A DNA stretch of 64,000 bases from an uncultured bacterium (GCA_963784355.1 CAWAQU010000003.1:115548-179547); one strand, 5' to 3'; positions 29,420-40,066 are shown, counted from the first letter of the stretch. Notes: generated by a model from the letters alone, not told the origin. Made by a program: numbers and translations.

Positions 29420-29651
29420 TGGAGTTAGGGTTGAATAAGAATGTATAGCTCACATGGATATATTGAGCTAGAATAGCATAAATTTAAAACTAACTATTCG
29501 CTTTTGTCAAGATAAACAATATAGACATTTTTTGGATTTTTTTTGAAAAACAAGGGTAAGACTTAATTTAGTTCTTCAATAAATTTGCTCAGTAATAATG
29601 GTATTTCTTCAATATTATTATATCTGTGAAATCTAAAGTTGGGATAGTTAA

Positions 29652-31331
29652 CTAACCTCGGTCAATAAACTCAGCTCTACTAGACGGATCAGGTTTTTCG
29701 CTTTCATTTAAAGTTAGATTTTTCAAAAATGGATCACTTTGTCCTGCTTCATAAGCCATTTGATAGGCTAACATTCTGTAATTTATGTGGCCACCGGGAC
29801 GTACTCTAAGCTTGGTGAGATAACTAATTTCTTTGGGTGAACCATGAAACCACATTTTCATTACATGAGCAAAGGGCAATAATTGCAAAAATAGATATTT
29901 AGGAAACCACTCAGTTTTTTCGATTGATTCCATGAATTCCTTTAATCTTTGATAGTAGTTTATCAAATCAGCTTCAAAACTTTCCCTTACATCGCTTAAT
30001 AAAGGATTTTCAGTTAGGTAGGCTGGAAGTGTATACCCCAAATTATAGTTGTCCAAGTAATCCGTTTCCGCAGCAATTATAGGTATAAATCTACCCCAAG
30101 CTCGATGTCTATTTAGATCCCTACCCTCTCCGACTGAACAATACAAAACAAAACTATGAGTATTTATCCTAAATTGTCCGCCCATTTGTTGATGATGATT
30201 GTAATTTTTCAAAACTACACTGCTTAGTTCTTCTTTTCTACTATCTGACAATGCGTTTAGCCAGGTAATTAGCCATTCTTCGTCAAGTGTAGGGTAAATT
30301 GTCAAAATATTTTGAGCTATTACCTTAAGCCCGGCCGAAATATCCTGATTTATTAATTTAGTCTTTAGCTCTTTATATCCGAAATCGCGATCAAATCTAG
30401 CTATGCTCAAAAAATCATTATCAAGCAAGTAAGTTTGCAAACCAACTATATTTGAGCTGGTTGTCTCATCAGCGCTTGTGTAGCGAATTAAGTCGGGAGC
30501 CTCAGGTGTATAGCCAATACTTGTAGCAAATTCAGAGTCCGGGGCAAATAACAATTCTAACTGCTCAGCTAAATGATTTAATTCCTTAGCTTTTGAAGCC
30601 TTAAACTGAGAAATAATTCTGGCCCATTCTCTGGCAGCCGTTATCCAACAAATTGAGGTGCGATTACTAGTTCCACTTAGTAGAAAATATCTTGCTGAAT
30701 CAAATACTCTTGCAGTAAGTGCCCCAGTCTGTTTTTTATCGTTTGAATCAATTTCGTAAACCTCGGTATATTTTTCGCTTAGAATATCAACATATTTTCT
30801 GTAATTTGAGAAAGATAGCTCCTGCAATTCAGTAAATTTTTGACTTATTTTTGTATATTCAGGTGAATTTTTTAAGCTTGCTAGCTCTTCAGTAGTAAAA
30901 TAGTTGTCTAAATTGTCAAGGGTATTTTCACTAAAATCTTGATACCTGGTGGATCTTTCTTGGCCACCCCCTACAGAAGTTTCATTGTAAAATTTGCAAG
31001 CATGAATTTGAGGTATGTTTTCGATATAAGCAAAGAGCTGGGCCATATCAGCTACAGAGGCATGGCCATAATTTCTAAAAATCGCAGCCAATTTTTCATT
31101 TGCAGTTTTTTTCGCTTCTTTTATTTCTTTAAATAAATCTTGAGCAGATAAATCTGATCTGGAATATCTCGCCCCGGCAAATGCCATGATTGAGGCAGTT
31201 TGCTTGCCTGAATTTGGTAAAGCTGTTCTAACAGTATAGTTAGTTCTAGAATCGTGCAGAGAAACCAAAACTAAATCAGTCTTGTCTGGGTCAGAAACTG
31301 TGAAGGTGAAATAATCGTTGTATTTATACAT
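29652..31331 (-). CDS. thyX: Flavin-dependent thymidylate synthase, tandem-domain type
   Basis: ARYSRS, YGHASVA, ERSTRY, RDLNRHR, LRVRPGGHINYR; near dcd. Confidence 0.82.
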   Translation of the reverse strand: MYKYNDYFTFTVSDPDKTDLVLVSLHDSRTNYTVRTALPNSGKQTASIMAFAGARYSRSDLSAQDLFKEIKEAKKTANEKLAAIFRNYGHASVADMAQLFAYIENIPQIHACKFYNETSVGGGQERSTRYQDFSENTLDNLDNYFTTEELASLKNSPEYTKISQKFTELQELSFSNYRKYVDILSEKYTEVYEIDSNDKKQTGALTARVFDSARYFLLSGTSNRTSICWITAAREWARIISQFKASKAKELNHLAEQLELLFAPDSEFATSIGYTPEAPDLIRYTSADETTSSNIVGLQTYLLDNDFLSIARFDRDFGYKELKTKLINQDISAGLKVIAQNILTIYPTLDEEWLITWLNALSDSRKEELSSVVLKNYNHHQQMGGQFRINTHSFVLYCSVGEGRDLNRHRAWGRFIPIIAAETDYLDNYNLGYTLPAYLTENPLLSDVRESFEADLINYYQRLKEFMESIEKTEWFPKYLFLQLLPFAHVMKMWFHGSPKEISYLTKLRVRPGGHINYRMLAYQMAYEAGQSDPFLKNLTLNESEKPDPSSRAEFIDRG

Positions 31332-31383
31332 AAAATAGCTGTTAGCCAAAAATTACAAATAATTTCCAGGTTGTCCAATTGTC

Positions 31384-31803
31384 TTATGAATTATAATCCT
31401 CTACCACTCCAAATGCTTTTATTGGAGGCTAACTTTCTCCTCCCCTACCCTTGATTTTTCCTCCAAAAATTTTAACTTGTTTATTTAAATTTAATCTTGC
31501 AACTAGTTCAGGTAATGTTTTAAAAAACTGTTTTTCTGTATCCAAACTCGAATCAAAATTATAGCCTGTATAAAAATGCAGTTCGTTATTTAAAAAGTAA
31601 CCACGGCAATTCTCAACAATTATCTTATCAGCATCCAATTCACTAAAACCCATATTTAGAAGCCACTCCAGATGTGACCACTCCACATTTAACGGAGCAA
31701 TTAACAACATATCAGAAATGCACAAAAAAGCTCTTCTAGTTTGATGAAAATTTTTAACTTCCTCTGTATCTTGTAACTGCTGCTTTTTAAAATCCTCATC
31801 CAT
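31384..31803 (-). pseudogene. Hypothetical protein with probable premature TAG at 31429-31431
   Basis: Frame continues after GGES* as PPIKAFGVVEDYNS*. Confidence 0.5.
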
Positions 31804-31804
31804 A

Positions 31805-32374
31805 TTACTTGGAAAAATTTTGCCACATTTCACTTGCCTGCACAGTTCCAGCTCCATAATATTTACTGTTCAAATCTTTATGGCCGTAGGGTTTTTGTGC
31901 AGGAGTTTTTAATTCGTAAAAGGCAATTTGGCCAATTTTCATTCCAGGATACAATTTAATCGCCACGTTATTTACATTGGCAAGTTCCAGAGTGGCATTT
32001 AAAACGTTGCCTGGATCAATAAAACCTGCTGTAGTATGTACAATTAAACCGAGCCGAGCAAGACTACTTTTACCCATCAACTGGCAAGCGTACTTTGGAC
32101 CTGCACCAAATCTATCAAGAGTAGCTGCAAGAACAAATTCATTCGGATGAATGGTGAAAAAGTCTTCATCAGATTTTAATTTGATTTTGTACATATGTTC
32201 ACTCATTGGTTCACGTGGATCAATACAACCAAGTTTGTGACTTTTAAATACTAAAAAATCGTAACCTAAAAGCACGTCATAACTAGCGGGTTGCAATCTT
32301 TTTTCATCAAAATCATCAATCAAAATATCTCCGGCATTTAGGGCATTTTTTATATCAATATCGGATAGCTGCAT
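31805..32374 (-). CDS. dcd: dCTP deaminase
   Basis: LQPASYD, GKSSLARLGL, TAGFIDPG, TLELAN, IGQI. Confidence 0.95.
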   Translation of the reverse strand: MQLSDIDIKNALNAGDILIDDFDEKRLQPASYDVLLGYDFLVFKSHKLGCIDPREPMSEHMYKIKLKSDEDFFTIHPNEFVLAATLDRFGAGPKYACQLMGKSSLARLGLIVHTTAGFIDPGNVLNATLELANVNNVAIKLYPGMKIGQIAFYELKTPAQKPYGHKDLNSKYYGAGTVQASEMWQNFSK

Positions 32375-32445
32375 AAAATATTATTTTTTTATACTAGTGA
32401 TTATTTTAGGACTTTGTCAATTTAGATATAACTCAAGATTTTTGA

Positions 32446-32985
32446 TTATTTATTTAAGAAATTTTTAACTTTTTGGACTCTTTCTTCAACTGTGCCTGTA
32501 GCTATCAAATAATTTTCCGGTACGAGCCATTTATCAATATAACTTTTCATGATTTTATCTACTTGTGCTCTTGTACTGACATTTGCTCTTAAGTGTTCAT
32601 TTTCCGCTTCAAATTCAATGGGTGTATAAACAAAATGAGTATAGGATTTTAACCGTTCTTTTACTAATTGTTCAAAAATCTTTAATTGGGACTCACTCAT
32701 ACTCGCACTTAAAACAGTATAACCTAGTATATCAATCACGGTCCTATCAGCTACAAAGCCATCTTTTCCTTCAATGTCCTCCCTTTCAATCTGCTTCAGT
32801 AGCATATAATTTTGAAACACACTTCTAGCGTCTGAAGGCATTTTTTCAAAATCAGTTACTCCAAAATTCTGCCAGGTACTTCTTATAGTCCCGCTAATAG
32901 AAAGTAAATTTAATTCAGGAGCTAAAATTTCAACCAGGGTAGTTTTCCCGGTGCCATGAGCTCCACAAAATCCGATTTTGTACAT
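32446..32985 (-). CDS. AAA_28 (NadR/Ttd14-like) P-loop nucleotide kinase
   Basis: GAHGTGKTT, VADRTVID; clustered with dcd and thyX. Confidence 0.75.
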   Translation of the reverse strand: MYKIGFCGAHGTGKTTLVEILAPELNLLSISGTIRSTWQNFGVTDFEKMPSDARSVFQNYMLLKQIEREDIEGKDGFVADRTVIDILGYTVLSASMSESQLKIFEQLVKERLKSYTHFVYTPIEFEAENEHLRANVSTRAQVDKIMKSYIDKWLVPENYLIATGTVEERVQKVKNFLNK

Positions 32986-33140
32986 ACTTTGTAAATATTT
33001 TAGAAACACTGTCATGTCAATTGGACGATTATCAATTAAAAAGTATTTGAGTAATGCAATATTTGTAACAAAAAATTTCTTGACTTAGACCTCAATACTT
33101 CTTATACTCATTTTACGTTTTTTAAAATACAAACACAAAT

Positions 33141-34319
33141 ATGAATTCAGAATCAAAGCGACTTTTTTCGTCTTTTTTTATGGCCGGGTTTGAATGTACC
33201 TATGCTTTAAATGAAGAGCGAAAACGCATGGACTTACTAGCAGATACACTACACGATCAAAACATTATAGAAGATTATAAATTAATAAAAGACCTGGGGA
33301 TTACCACAGCTAGAGAAGGGCTTAGCTGGAGTCAAATAGATAAAAACAACGGAAATTACGATTTTTCCCGATTTGAACCCATGATGCAGGCCGCCAAAGA
33401 AGCCGGTATTCAACAAATTTGGGACCTCAATCATTTTGACTATCCTGAATATTTAGATCCTTTTAGTCAGGATTTTATTGAGCAATTTGCCGTTTATGGC
33501 AAGGAATGTGTAAAAATAATTCGTAAATACCAAACGGACACTATTTTTATTGTTCCTTTTAATGAAATTTCTTTTTTTGCTTGGATAGCCGGCAGGATGG
33601 GTTATTGGGCTCCTTATAAAGCTGATAAAGAAAGTGAATTGAAGTTAAAAATCCAGCTGGTAAAAGCTAATATTGCAGTGCAAGAAGCTATTTGGTCTGT
33701 AGATAAAAATGTTAGATTTATTCAAGTGGACCCTTTTATAGAAAGACAGTTCAGGCGTAATAGCAGTAAATCGCAAAGAGCTGCAGTGCAAGAGTATAAT
33801 AGCCAGATAAAGTTTAGAGCTTGGGATATGTTGGCTGGTAAATCGGATCCTGAAATAGGCGGAGACCCTAAGTATCTTGATATTATTGGAATAAATTATT
33901 ACTACGATAATCAGGAACGGGTAACTCCAGAAATAACAAAGCAGGGTTCTTATTTATACAAAACCATCGCTTGGAATAGTAAGCATAGAAAAAGGATTTG
34001 TGACATGTTAGAGCCTGTATATAAAAAATATAATAGGCCTTTGGTAATTACTGAAACGGGAGCTTACGGAAATAAACGAAAGGAGTGGTGGGCCAGAATT
34101 CTTAAAGAAATTGATGAGGCTAAAAATAGAAATGTTCCGATTTTGGGTGTATGTGCCTACCCTGTACTTGACCGTCCTGAGAAGTCTGGTTTTTTGGCAG
34201 CAAACTCGGGATTATGGGATTTTAAAGAAAATGACCCTACTTGTAAACGTATTCCTCATGAAGAAACTTTGGGAGTTATTAAAAATTATATTGACAAAGC
34301 TGGATCTAAAGATTTATAA
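33141..34319 (+). CDS. Clan GH-A (GH1-like) glycoside hydrolase
   Basis: FMAGFEC, PFNEISF (acid/base), IGINYY, ITETG (nucleophile). Confidence 0.82.
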   Translation: MNSESKRLFSSFFMAGFECTYALNEERKRMDLLADTLHDQNIIEDYKLIKDLGITTAREGLSWSQIDKNNGNYDFSRFEPMMQAAKEAGIQQIWDLNHFDYPEYLDPFSQDFIEQFAVYGKECVKIIRKYQTDTIFIVPFNEISFFAWIAGRMGYWAPYKADKESELKLKIQLVKANIAVQEAIWSVDKNVRFIQVDPFIERQFRRNSSKSQRAAVQEYNSQIKFRAWDMLAGKSDPEIGGDPKYLDIIGINYYYDNQERVTPEITKQGSYLYKTIAWNSKHRKRICDMLEPVYKKYNRPLVITETGAYGNKRKEWWARILKEIDEAKNRNVPILGVCAYPVLDRPEKSGFLAANSGLWDFKENDPTCKRIPHEETLGVIKNYIDKAGSKDL

Positions 34320-34364
34320 AAGGTTAAAACTAAATATTATTTAATCACGTTAATAATAATCTAT

Positions 34365-35318
34365 ATGAAAGTAAAATTTTCAGAAGCCCCATTATTTGAA
34401 ACACAACAATTCCATGACGTCAAAGATCCTTGCCCCGTTTGGGACGGCAACACCTGGCATATTTACGGCTCTGGAGGCTCAAGCCAAAATGAAGTCTGGA
34501 AAATTTTGCACATTACTGCACCAACCCTAGACGGCCCCTGGACTGAGCAACAGCCTGCTATCCTGGAAGGTGTAAAAGGTGACCACGTAGCAGCCCCAGG
34601 TATAATTTACAATCCTGACACAAAGCTATTCAATATGTTTATCCAAACGGATTTCATGTCGCTTGGTGGCACCATAGAACGTCTTGTTTCAGCTGATGGG
34701 CAGTTTTTTGAACATACAGACACAGTGCTTAAACCGCTAGAGAACGAAAAGGAGGCCGGAATTTATGATCCACACCCTGCAGTAATCAAAGGAGAAAAGT
34801 ATTTAACCTACTCGGGTACTGCACAAATAGGCCGCCCTGACATATACATTGCAAAAAGTACAAACAATACTTGGAAAGGGCCTTGGGAAAGAATGGGAAC
34901 CATTTTAAAGCATGAAGAAGTTGAACATCACAATCAATTAAATCACGAAGATTATGAGTGGGGCTTGGAAGGCTCACAGCTTATTGAATTGCCTAATGGA
35001 AAAGTTTTATTAAATGCAGTCTGTTTCTTGCCGGAGGGAGCCAGAGGTACAAGACAAAGAATCTTTTTTGCAGTTGCAGATAATGTTTACGGACCGTATA
35101 AAACTTTAGGCCCTATTTTGACTCCAACTACAGAAGGTTGGGCCTCAGGAGAAAATGGGCATGCATCAGCTATAATACTGGATGACACTTTACATTTATT
35201 TTATCAAGCCAGACCGGCACATATGAACAAAATAAATAATTGGCGTTATGGACATGCAAAATTTGATGTAAAGGATATTATGGATTTGGTAGACCAAAGT
35301 ATCGCTGCTGCTCACTAG
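34365..35318 (+). CDS. Five-bladed beta-propeller glycoside hydrolase (GH43/GH32-like)
   Basis: VKDPCP, VAAPG, YDPHP, LEGSQL, NGHA. Confidence 0.72.
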   Translation: MKVKFSEAPLFETQQFHDVKDPCPVWDGNTWHIYGSGGSSQNEVWKILHITAPTLDGPWTEQQPAILEGVKGDHVAAPGIIYNPDTKLFNMFIQTDFMSLGGTIERLVSADGQFFEHTDTVLKPLENEKEAGIYDPHPAVIKGEKYLTYSGTAQIGRPDIYIAKSTNNTWKGPWERMGTILKHEEVEHHNQLNHEDYEWGLEGSQLIELPNGKVLLNAVCFLPEGARGTRQRIFFAVADNVYGPYKTLGPILTPTTEGWASGENGHASAIILDDTLHLFYQARPAHMNKINNWRYGHAKFDVKDIMDLVDQSIAAAH

Positions 35319-35352
35319 TTCAAAACTTTAGTTCACTCAACCCTGAGCTCTT

Positions 35353-35976
35353 TTAATCTTTTTTCTCTAATCTTTTAGCTATATTATTTAGCCCTTCACC
35401 ATAAACAGACAACATCGTCTTATAAAATTTTACATCTAGTGCTGAATAGATTTTACTATATTCCTGCACTTCCATGTTATATCTTTCCCAAAATTGTGCT
35501 TCACTCATTCTTGGCAGGAAAAAGAACATTCTATTAAAAACATTACCTTTGTAGCTCTTTTGCAGGATTGAAATTTTTTCTTCAAACTCCTTTTTCAGTT
35601 CTTCTTTTCTAGTTTCAAAATTATCTAGTACCTTTTTGACTTCCGATTTTATACCATTTAACTCACTAGCCTGATTATTTAAATTTATCTCAAAATCATC
35701 TAACTTTACCTGTAATTCTCTGGTATCATGATAGTATTTATCCAAAATTTCTTCTTTACTTAACTCTTTTAAATCGGTTCCAGTACTTAATATTTTAGCT
35801 AGCTCATTTTCCAGAAAATTGTGAGCCTCTTTTAAAGAAACAAAATCTTTATCATTACCACCTTGGTCAGGGTGTTTTTCTTTAGCCAGCTTCTTAAAAA
35901 GATCCTTAAGGCCCTTAATACTAAGATTATCTAAACTTTCCAGTTCAAATACCTCTAAAGCTCTTTTCAAATTCAT
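35353..35976 (-). CDS. J-domain protein with C-terminal coiled coil
   Basis: LAKEKHPDQGG. Confidence 0.8.
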   Translation of the reverse strand: MNLKRALEVFELESLDNLSIKGLKDLFKKLAKEKHPDQGGNDKDFVSLKEAHNFLENELAKILSTGTDLKELSKEEILDKYYHDTRELQVKLDDFEINLNNQASELNGIKSEVKKVLDNFETRKEELKKEFEEKISILQKSYKGNVFNRMFFFLPRMSEAQFWERYNMEVQEYSKIYSALDVKFYKTMLSVYGEGLNNIAKRLEKKD

Positions 35977-36028
35977 ATTTTGTTTACTTTTGACCTCAAA
36001 ACAGCCTTTTGTCAAGACTTTTAAAGTA

Positions 36029-36409
36029 TTAAAACTTTTTTATAAAGCCGGCCTTATCTCTAGCAAATTCTTCAGAGGCAAAACAAATATCAGGTTTTAT
36101 TCTATCAAAACGCGGGTTATCTTTAGTATAATAACTACCCGAATTGTCGGAAAAAGTACCTTTAATGCTGTAATTCTCAGGGCAAACAGGTTGTTGACCG
36201 GCTTTTATCCAATAGGCCCCTTCAACATCTAGTGCCTTTACTTCTATACTTGATTGTTTAATTGCAGGATTATTGCTGATAGTAACTTCCTCTTTCTCTT
36301 TAATACTTGCTTTAGCATTTTTGTAGCCAAACCAAAAACCGGTTACGAATATAACCAGTACTAAAAACCCTATCCCTAAAATATTTAGCAATTTGGCACT
36401 TTTTTGCAT
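36029..36409 (-). CDS. Membrane-anchored protein with C-terminal IKG..YY..CF.SE..A..AGF domain
   Basis: N-terminal TM; CPENYSIKG...DICFASEEFARDKAGF. Confidence 0.65.
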   Translation of the reverse strand: MQKSAKLLNILGIGFLVLVIFVTGFWFGYKNAKASIKEKEEVTISNNPAIKQSSIEVKALDVEGAYWIKAGQQPVCPENYSIKGTFSDNSGSYYTKDNPRFDRIKPDICFASEEFARDKAGFIKKF

Positions 36410-36430
36410 CGGTATTAATATTAAACAATA

Positions 36431-36622
36431 CTAAGCTACCCCTTGTAGATTCATTTTCTTTTTCAAGGTTCTCAAAGCTCGTGTTGAAATTTTAATTCGT
36501 TTGTTCCCGATTTTAATTCTCTGAAGATTAGCCCTAACTCTGGTAATAGTAGATTGCATTGACTTTGTTCTCTTATGTACCTTTTTATAACTAACTCCGG
36601 TAATAGCGCAACTTGCAGGCAT
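36431..36622 (-). CDS. rpmB: 50S ribosomal protein L28
   Basis: CAITG, ANLQ, IKISTRALRTLKK. Confidence 0.88.
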   Translation of the reverse strand: MPASCAITGVSYKKVHKRTKSMQSTITRVRANLQRIKIGNKRIKISTRALRTLKKKMNLQGVA

Positions 36623-36674
36623 ATATATCTCTAAACTTCTCTAGTAATTTAATTTTGTCAAGGAGCTCTCTAAA

Positions 36675-37163
36675 TTAAGATCTAGGATTAGCCCTATTAG
36701 ATTGGGTTTCGTTGGATTTTAGATAAATATTATCTATCTCATCTTTAATGTCGGATTTTTTATCACTATTGGTCTTGGTAGCCTCTTCAAGCTTTTGTTG
36801 CTGAGTTACCAGCTCTTCTTCTGACTTTTTAAGTTTTTCTTCACTTATTTCGGGTAAAAGCTGCGGTACTGTATTTACAAACCTAATACTCTTTTTTATT
36901 TCAGCTACATAGTCAGCAATCCTATCATTCAATTCAAGCTGAGTAGTTACCAATTTATCATTTTCTGCTGCCTGTGTCTCCCAAAGATCTCTGATTTTGT
37001 TTTTATCTTCTCTCTGAGCTTTAACCTGAGCTTGAAGTTGTTCTGTGTCCGTTTTGTATTTTATCTGTAATTCAGTGAGCTGAAACTGACTATATATATT
37101 TAATCCCAGTGAGCCCACTAGAAGCAAAAATAGTAAAATCGAAAAAAACACGTAGGGTTTCAT
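36675..37163 (-). CDS. Membrane-anchored coiled-coil protein
   Basis: N-terminal TM followed by heptad-rich sequence. Confidence 0.7.
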   Translation of the reverse strand: MKPYVFFSILLFLLLVGSLGLNIYSQFQLTELQIKYKTDTEQLQAQVKAQREDKNKIRDLWETQAAENDKLVTTQLELNDRIADYVAEIKKSIRFVNTVPQLLPEISEEKLKKSEEELVTQQQKLEEATKTNSDKKSDIKDEIDNIYLKSNETQSNRANPRS

Positions 37164-37170
37164 AGAAAAA

Positions 37171-37629
37171 TTAATCAGGTATCACACTAATTTCTAGGCT
37201 CTGGTCTTTTTGAATATCACCGCCAAGATCAGTAAATGTTTTCTTGTCTAAGATTAAAAGTACATCGTTGGGCAAGACTCGAACATCTCCTACAACTAAA
37301 GATAATTTCTCATTTTTACTACTAATTGCAAGACCTTTACCTAAACCAAATTTGTCTGTAGATACAGGTGTTTGAGCCTTACTATCCCAAATAGCTCTAC
37401 CTTGATAAATTTTACCTTTAGGATTTGTGTTTTCTACAGTTTTAAAGTCTATTGCACCACTTCCAATTTCGCCTATCTGCTTAACTGAGCTTGTATTTGT
37501 TAAGGTATCTTGAATTGACCTTTTTTCTTGTGCTCCGAGCACATTACCAGCTGTCCTAGGACCGATAAAAACCGGTACCATTAAGAGGCAAAGTAGAAAA
37601 AGTGTAATCAATTTGGTTTTTAATGACAT
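37171..37629 (-). CDS. Secreted or membrane-anchored hypothetical protein
   Basis: Signal/TM segment followed by GNVLGA motif. Confidence 0.65.
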   Translation of the reverse strand: MSLKTKLITLFLLCLLMVPVFIGPRTAGNVLGAQEKRSIQDTLTNTSSVKQIGEIGSGAIDFKTVENTNPKGKIYQGRAIWDSKAQTPVSTDKFGLGKGLAISSKNEKLSLVVGDVRVLPNDVLLILDKKTFTDLGGDIQKDQSLEISVIPD

Positions 37630-37766
37630 AAGTTAATGTGTTTTTATTTTTGTCTTTTCACCAATTTATATCTTAAGTATAACCTCTTTTTAAGTCTCTG
37701 TCAAAACTGATCTGCTGATTGAAAATAAATCCCGGAAATTTTACGCTATCGGAATTAATTTATAAC

Positions 37767-39146
37767 TTATACTCCAAGCCAAGATTTGATAAAATATCTA
37801 AATTCTTTATAAGCCAAAGCTTTCTGCATATTCCTAATTGCGTAGCTCTCCAATTTGCTATAAAAATCTCCGGCTAAAGACATCCCAATAATTTGATCGG
37901 AGTTTTGTCTGATTACTAATTTGGCAAATCCTTCAAAAATAGAGGAATCAATAATTTCAATTTTAATATCCGAACCGTATTGCGAAACTGCTTCAGTTTC
38001 CGTTAACCCAACAGTCATTACAGGATTTTCGGTTTCAATTTTTACGTATTGAGTTTGAAGTGGGTAAATTTCAGCATTGTATATTCCAGGAAAAAAACCA
38101 TTTGTAACCTTACCTATATGATTATTAGAGTTGGAAAGATTGTGAGCGTATTTCATTTTTTCTAGAAATGTGTAGGTTACGGCAAATTTATTTAGGTGAT
38201 TGATATTACCATTACATTCTCCAAGAGCATAAACATATTTTTGTTGGGTATTGTATTTATGACCTACAAGCACACCTCTTGGTAAATAGTTAATTCCTAT
38301 CTTTTGTAAATGCAGAGCGTCGTCTTGGAATATTTCTTTAATTGATACAAATAGGTGAGATGATTTAAACTTTTTTTTATTTTGATTTTCAAGTATGACT
38401 TGTCCTGTTTCTTGACTTACTTTAGATATTTTTTGCTTAAAATTAAACTCCACTTGTTTGGCTAGTAGTTTTTTGATTAAGTAATTATAAGTACTTTTAT
38501 CTAAGTATTTGATGCCTGAAATTGATTCTTTTTGTTCGAAAAAACTTACTTTTACACCTAAATTTGCATAAATGTCAGCTACTTCCAAATTTTCAGCAGT
38601 AATACCGATGATAGATAAGGTACTTGGAATATCCTGTAAAGTAAAGGCGTTGTGCTTATGTAAAAAGTTTATATCTATCAGACCATTAATATTGGGCGGT
38701 ACAATAGTATTTTTTCCAACAGCCAAAACTACTTCTTTAAAACTTATTAAATGTCTTTCCGTATCTGAATTTACCTCTACTAAAGTCTTTGAAGTAAACT
38801 CCGCTACACCTCTAACTAGATGTAAGTTTTTACTTAGGCTTAGGGATTTATTGATTTTTTCCCTGTAGTTACTAATTTGAGCAGAAATTTTTTGATTGAT
38901 TTTTTGACGGTACTTTCTTAGCACCATAAAAGTATCAGGATGATCTTTAAAAATCTTCAAGCTGTCGGAAAACTCCCTAGCATAGTTAGTTAAAAGCTTT
39001 TTAGGTATCTCATATGAATATAGGTACGCTCCTCCCGGTTCTCCCTGTTCCACTAAAATCACCTCTTTGCCTGTTTCAGCAAGAGTAAGGGCGGTAATTA
39101 GACCAGTTTGGCCGGCCCCAATGATTAAGTAGTCACAGTTGAGCAT
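37767..39146 (-). CDS. Dihydrolipoamide dehydrogenase/mercuric reductase-fold flavoprotein, catalytically degenerate
   Basis: IIGAGQTG retained; GGAYLYSYEIPKK replaces GGxCxxxGCIPSK; YALGE. Confidence 0.75.
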   Translation of the reverse strand: MLNCDYLIIGAGQTGLITALTLAETGKEVILVEQGEPGGAYLYSYEIPKKLLTNYAREFSDSLKIFKDHPDTFMVLRKYRQKINQKISAQISNYREKINKSLSLSKNLHLVRGVAEFTSKTLVEVNSDTERHLISFKEVVLAVGKNTIVPPNINGLIDINFLHKHNAFTLQDIPSTLSIIGITAENLEVADIYANLGVKVSFFEQKESISGIKYLDKSTYNYLIKKLLAKQVEFNFKQKISKVSQETGQVILENQNKKKFKSSHLFVSIKEIFQDDALHLQKIGINYLPRGVLVGHKYNTQQKYVYALGECNGNINHLNKFAVTYTFLEKMKYAHNLSNSNNHIGKVTNGFFPGIYNAEIYPLQTQYVKIETENPVMTVGLTETEAVSQYGSDIKIEIIDSSIFEGFAKLVIRQNSDQIIGMSLAGDFYSKLESYAIRNMQKALAYKEFRYFIKSWLGV

Positions 39147-39229
39147 ATATAAATAGGTGCCTCTGAATATGAAGATTGTCAAGAATATCTAATTTGACTT
39201 TTAATTAGTACTTAGCTAGTTTTGATTTT

Positions 39230-40066
39230 ATGCAAAAAATATCTTATTTGGGTATTCCAGGGTCTTTTTTTTATGAAGCGGCCAATAAATATTTTGGACA
39301 AGAAGAGCAATATGTGGAAGCGACTAATTTTAGAGAAATTTTTGAACAATTAAATACATATAAAACAAATTCCGCTATTTTAGCAATAGAAAATAGTTTG
39401 GCCGGCTCAATAGCTCAAAATTACGATTTCTTATATCAATATTCGGTAGAAATAATTGGAGAAATATATTTACCAATAAATCAGTGTTTACTTGGGCTGA
39501 CAGATGATGTTAAGCAGTTGAAAAAGGTACTTTCACACCCTATGGCCTTAGCTCAATGTGAAAAGTTTTTTAAAATGCATCCTGAACTTGAAAGAGCTGA
39601 GTTTTTAAGTACTGCCGATGCTGCTAGATTTGTACAACAAAATCAGGATACTTCTATAGCTGCTATTGCCGGTTCTCAATGCGCAGAATTATATAACTTG
39701 GAGATTATTCAAACCAATATTCAAGACGATCCTAATAATTGGACGAGATTTGTAGCAATCAAATTAAATGAAAGTGATACAATTTTAAGTCTGGACAGTA
39801 ACAAAGCATCTCTAGCTTTTACACTAGACCATGTTCCGGGCAGTTTACATAGCTTTCTTGATCTTTTTGCCGGGCAAGGTATAAACCTCACCAAAATTGA
39901 ATCTAGACCTATTCAGCACAAACCTTTTGAGTATATTTTTTACGTTGACTTTGAATTTGAACAGGCTGACTTAAGCAAAACTTTAGAATTAGTTCATAAA
40001 GCTTTTAAATTTACAAAAAACCATAAGATCTTAGGGATTTATAAAAGCAGTAGACCTGTAAATTAA
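39230..40066 (+). CDS. pheA: Prephenate dehydratase with ACT domain
   Basis: IENSLAG, SHPMALAQC, NWTRF, INLTKIESRP. Confidence 0.92.
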   Translation: MQKISYLGIPGSFFYEAANKYFGQEEQYVEATNFREIFEQLNTYKTNSAILAIENSLAGSIAQNYDFLYQYSVEIIGEIYLPINQCLLGLTDDVKQLKKVLSHPMALAQCEKFFKMHPELERAEFLSTADAARFVQQNQDTSIAAIAGSQCAELYNLEIIQTNIQDDPNNWTRFVAIKLNESDTILSLDSNKASLAFTLDHVPGSLHSFLDLFAGQGINLTKIESRPIQHKPFEYIFYVDFEFEQADLSKTLELVHKAFKFTKNHKILGIYKSSRPVN

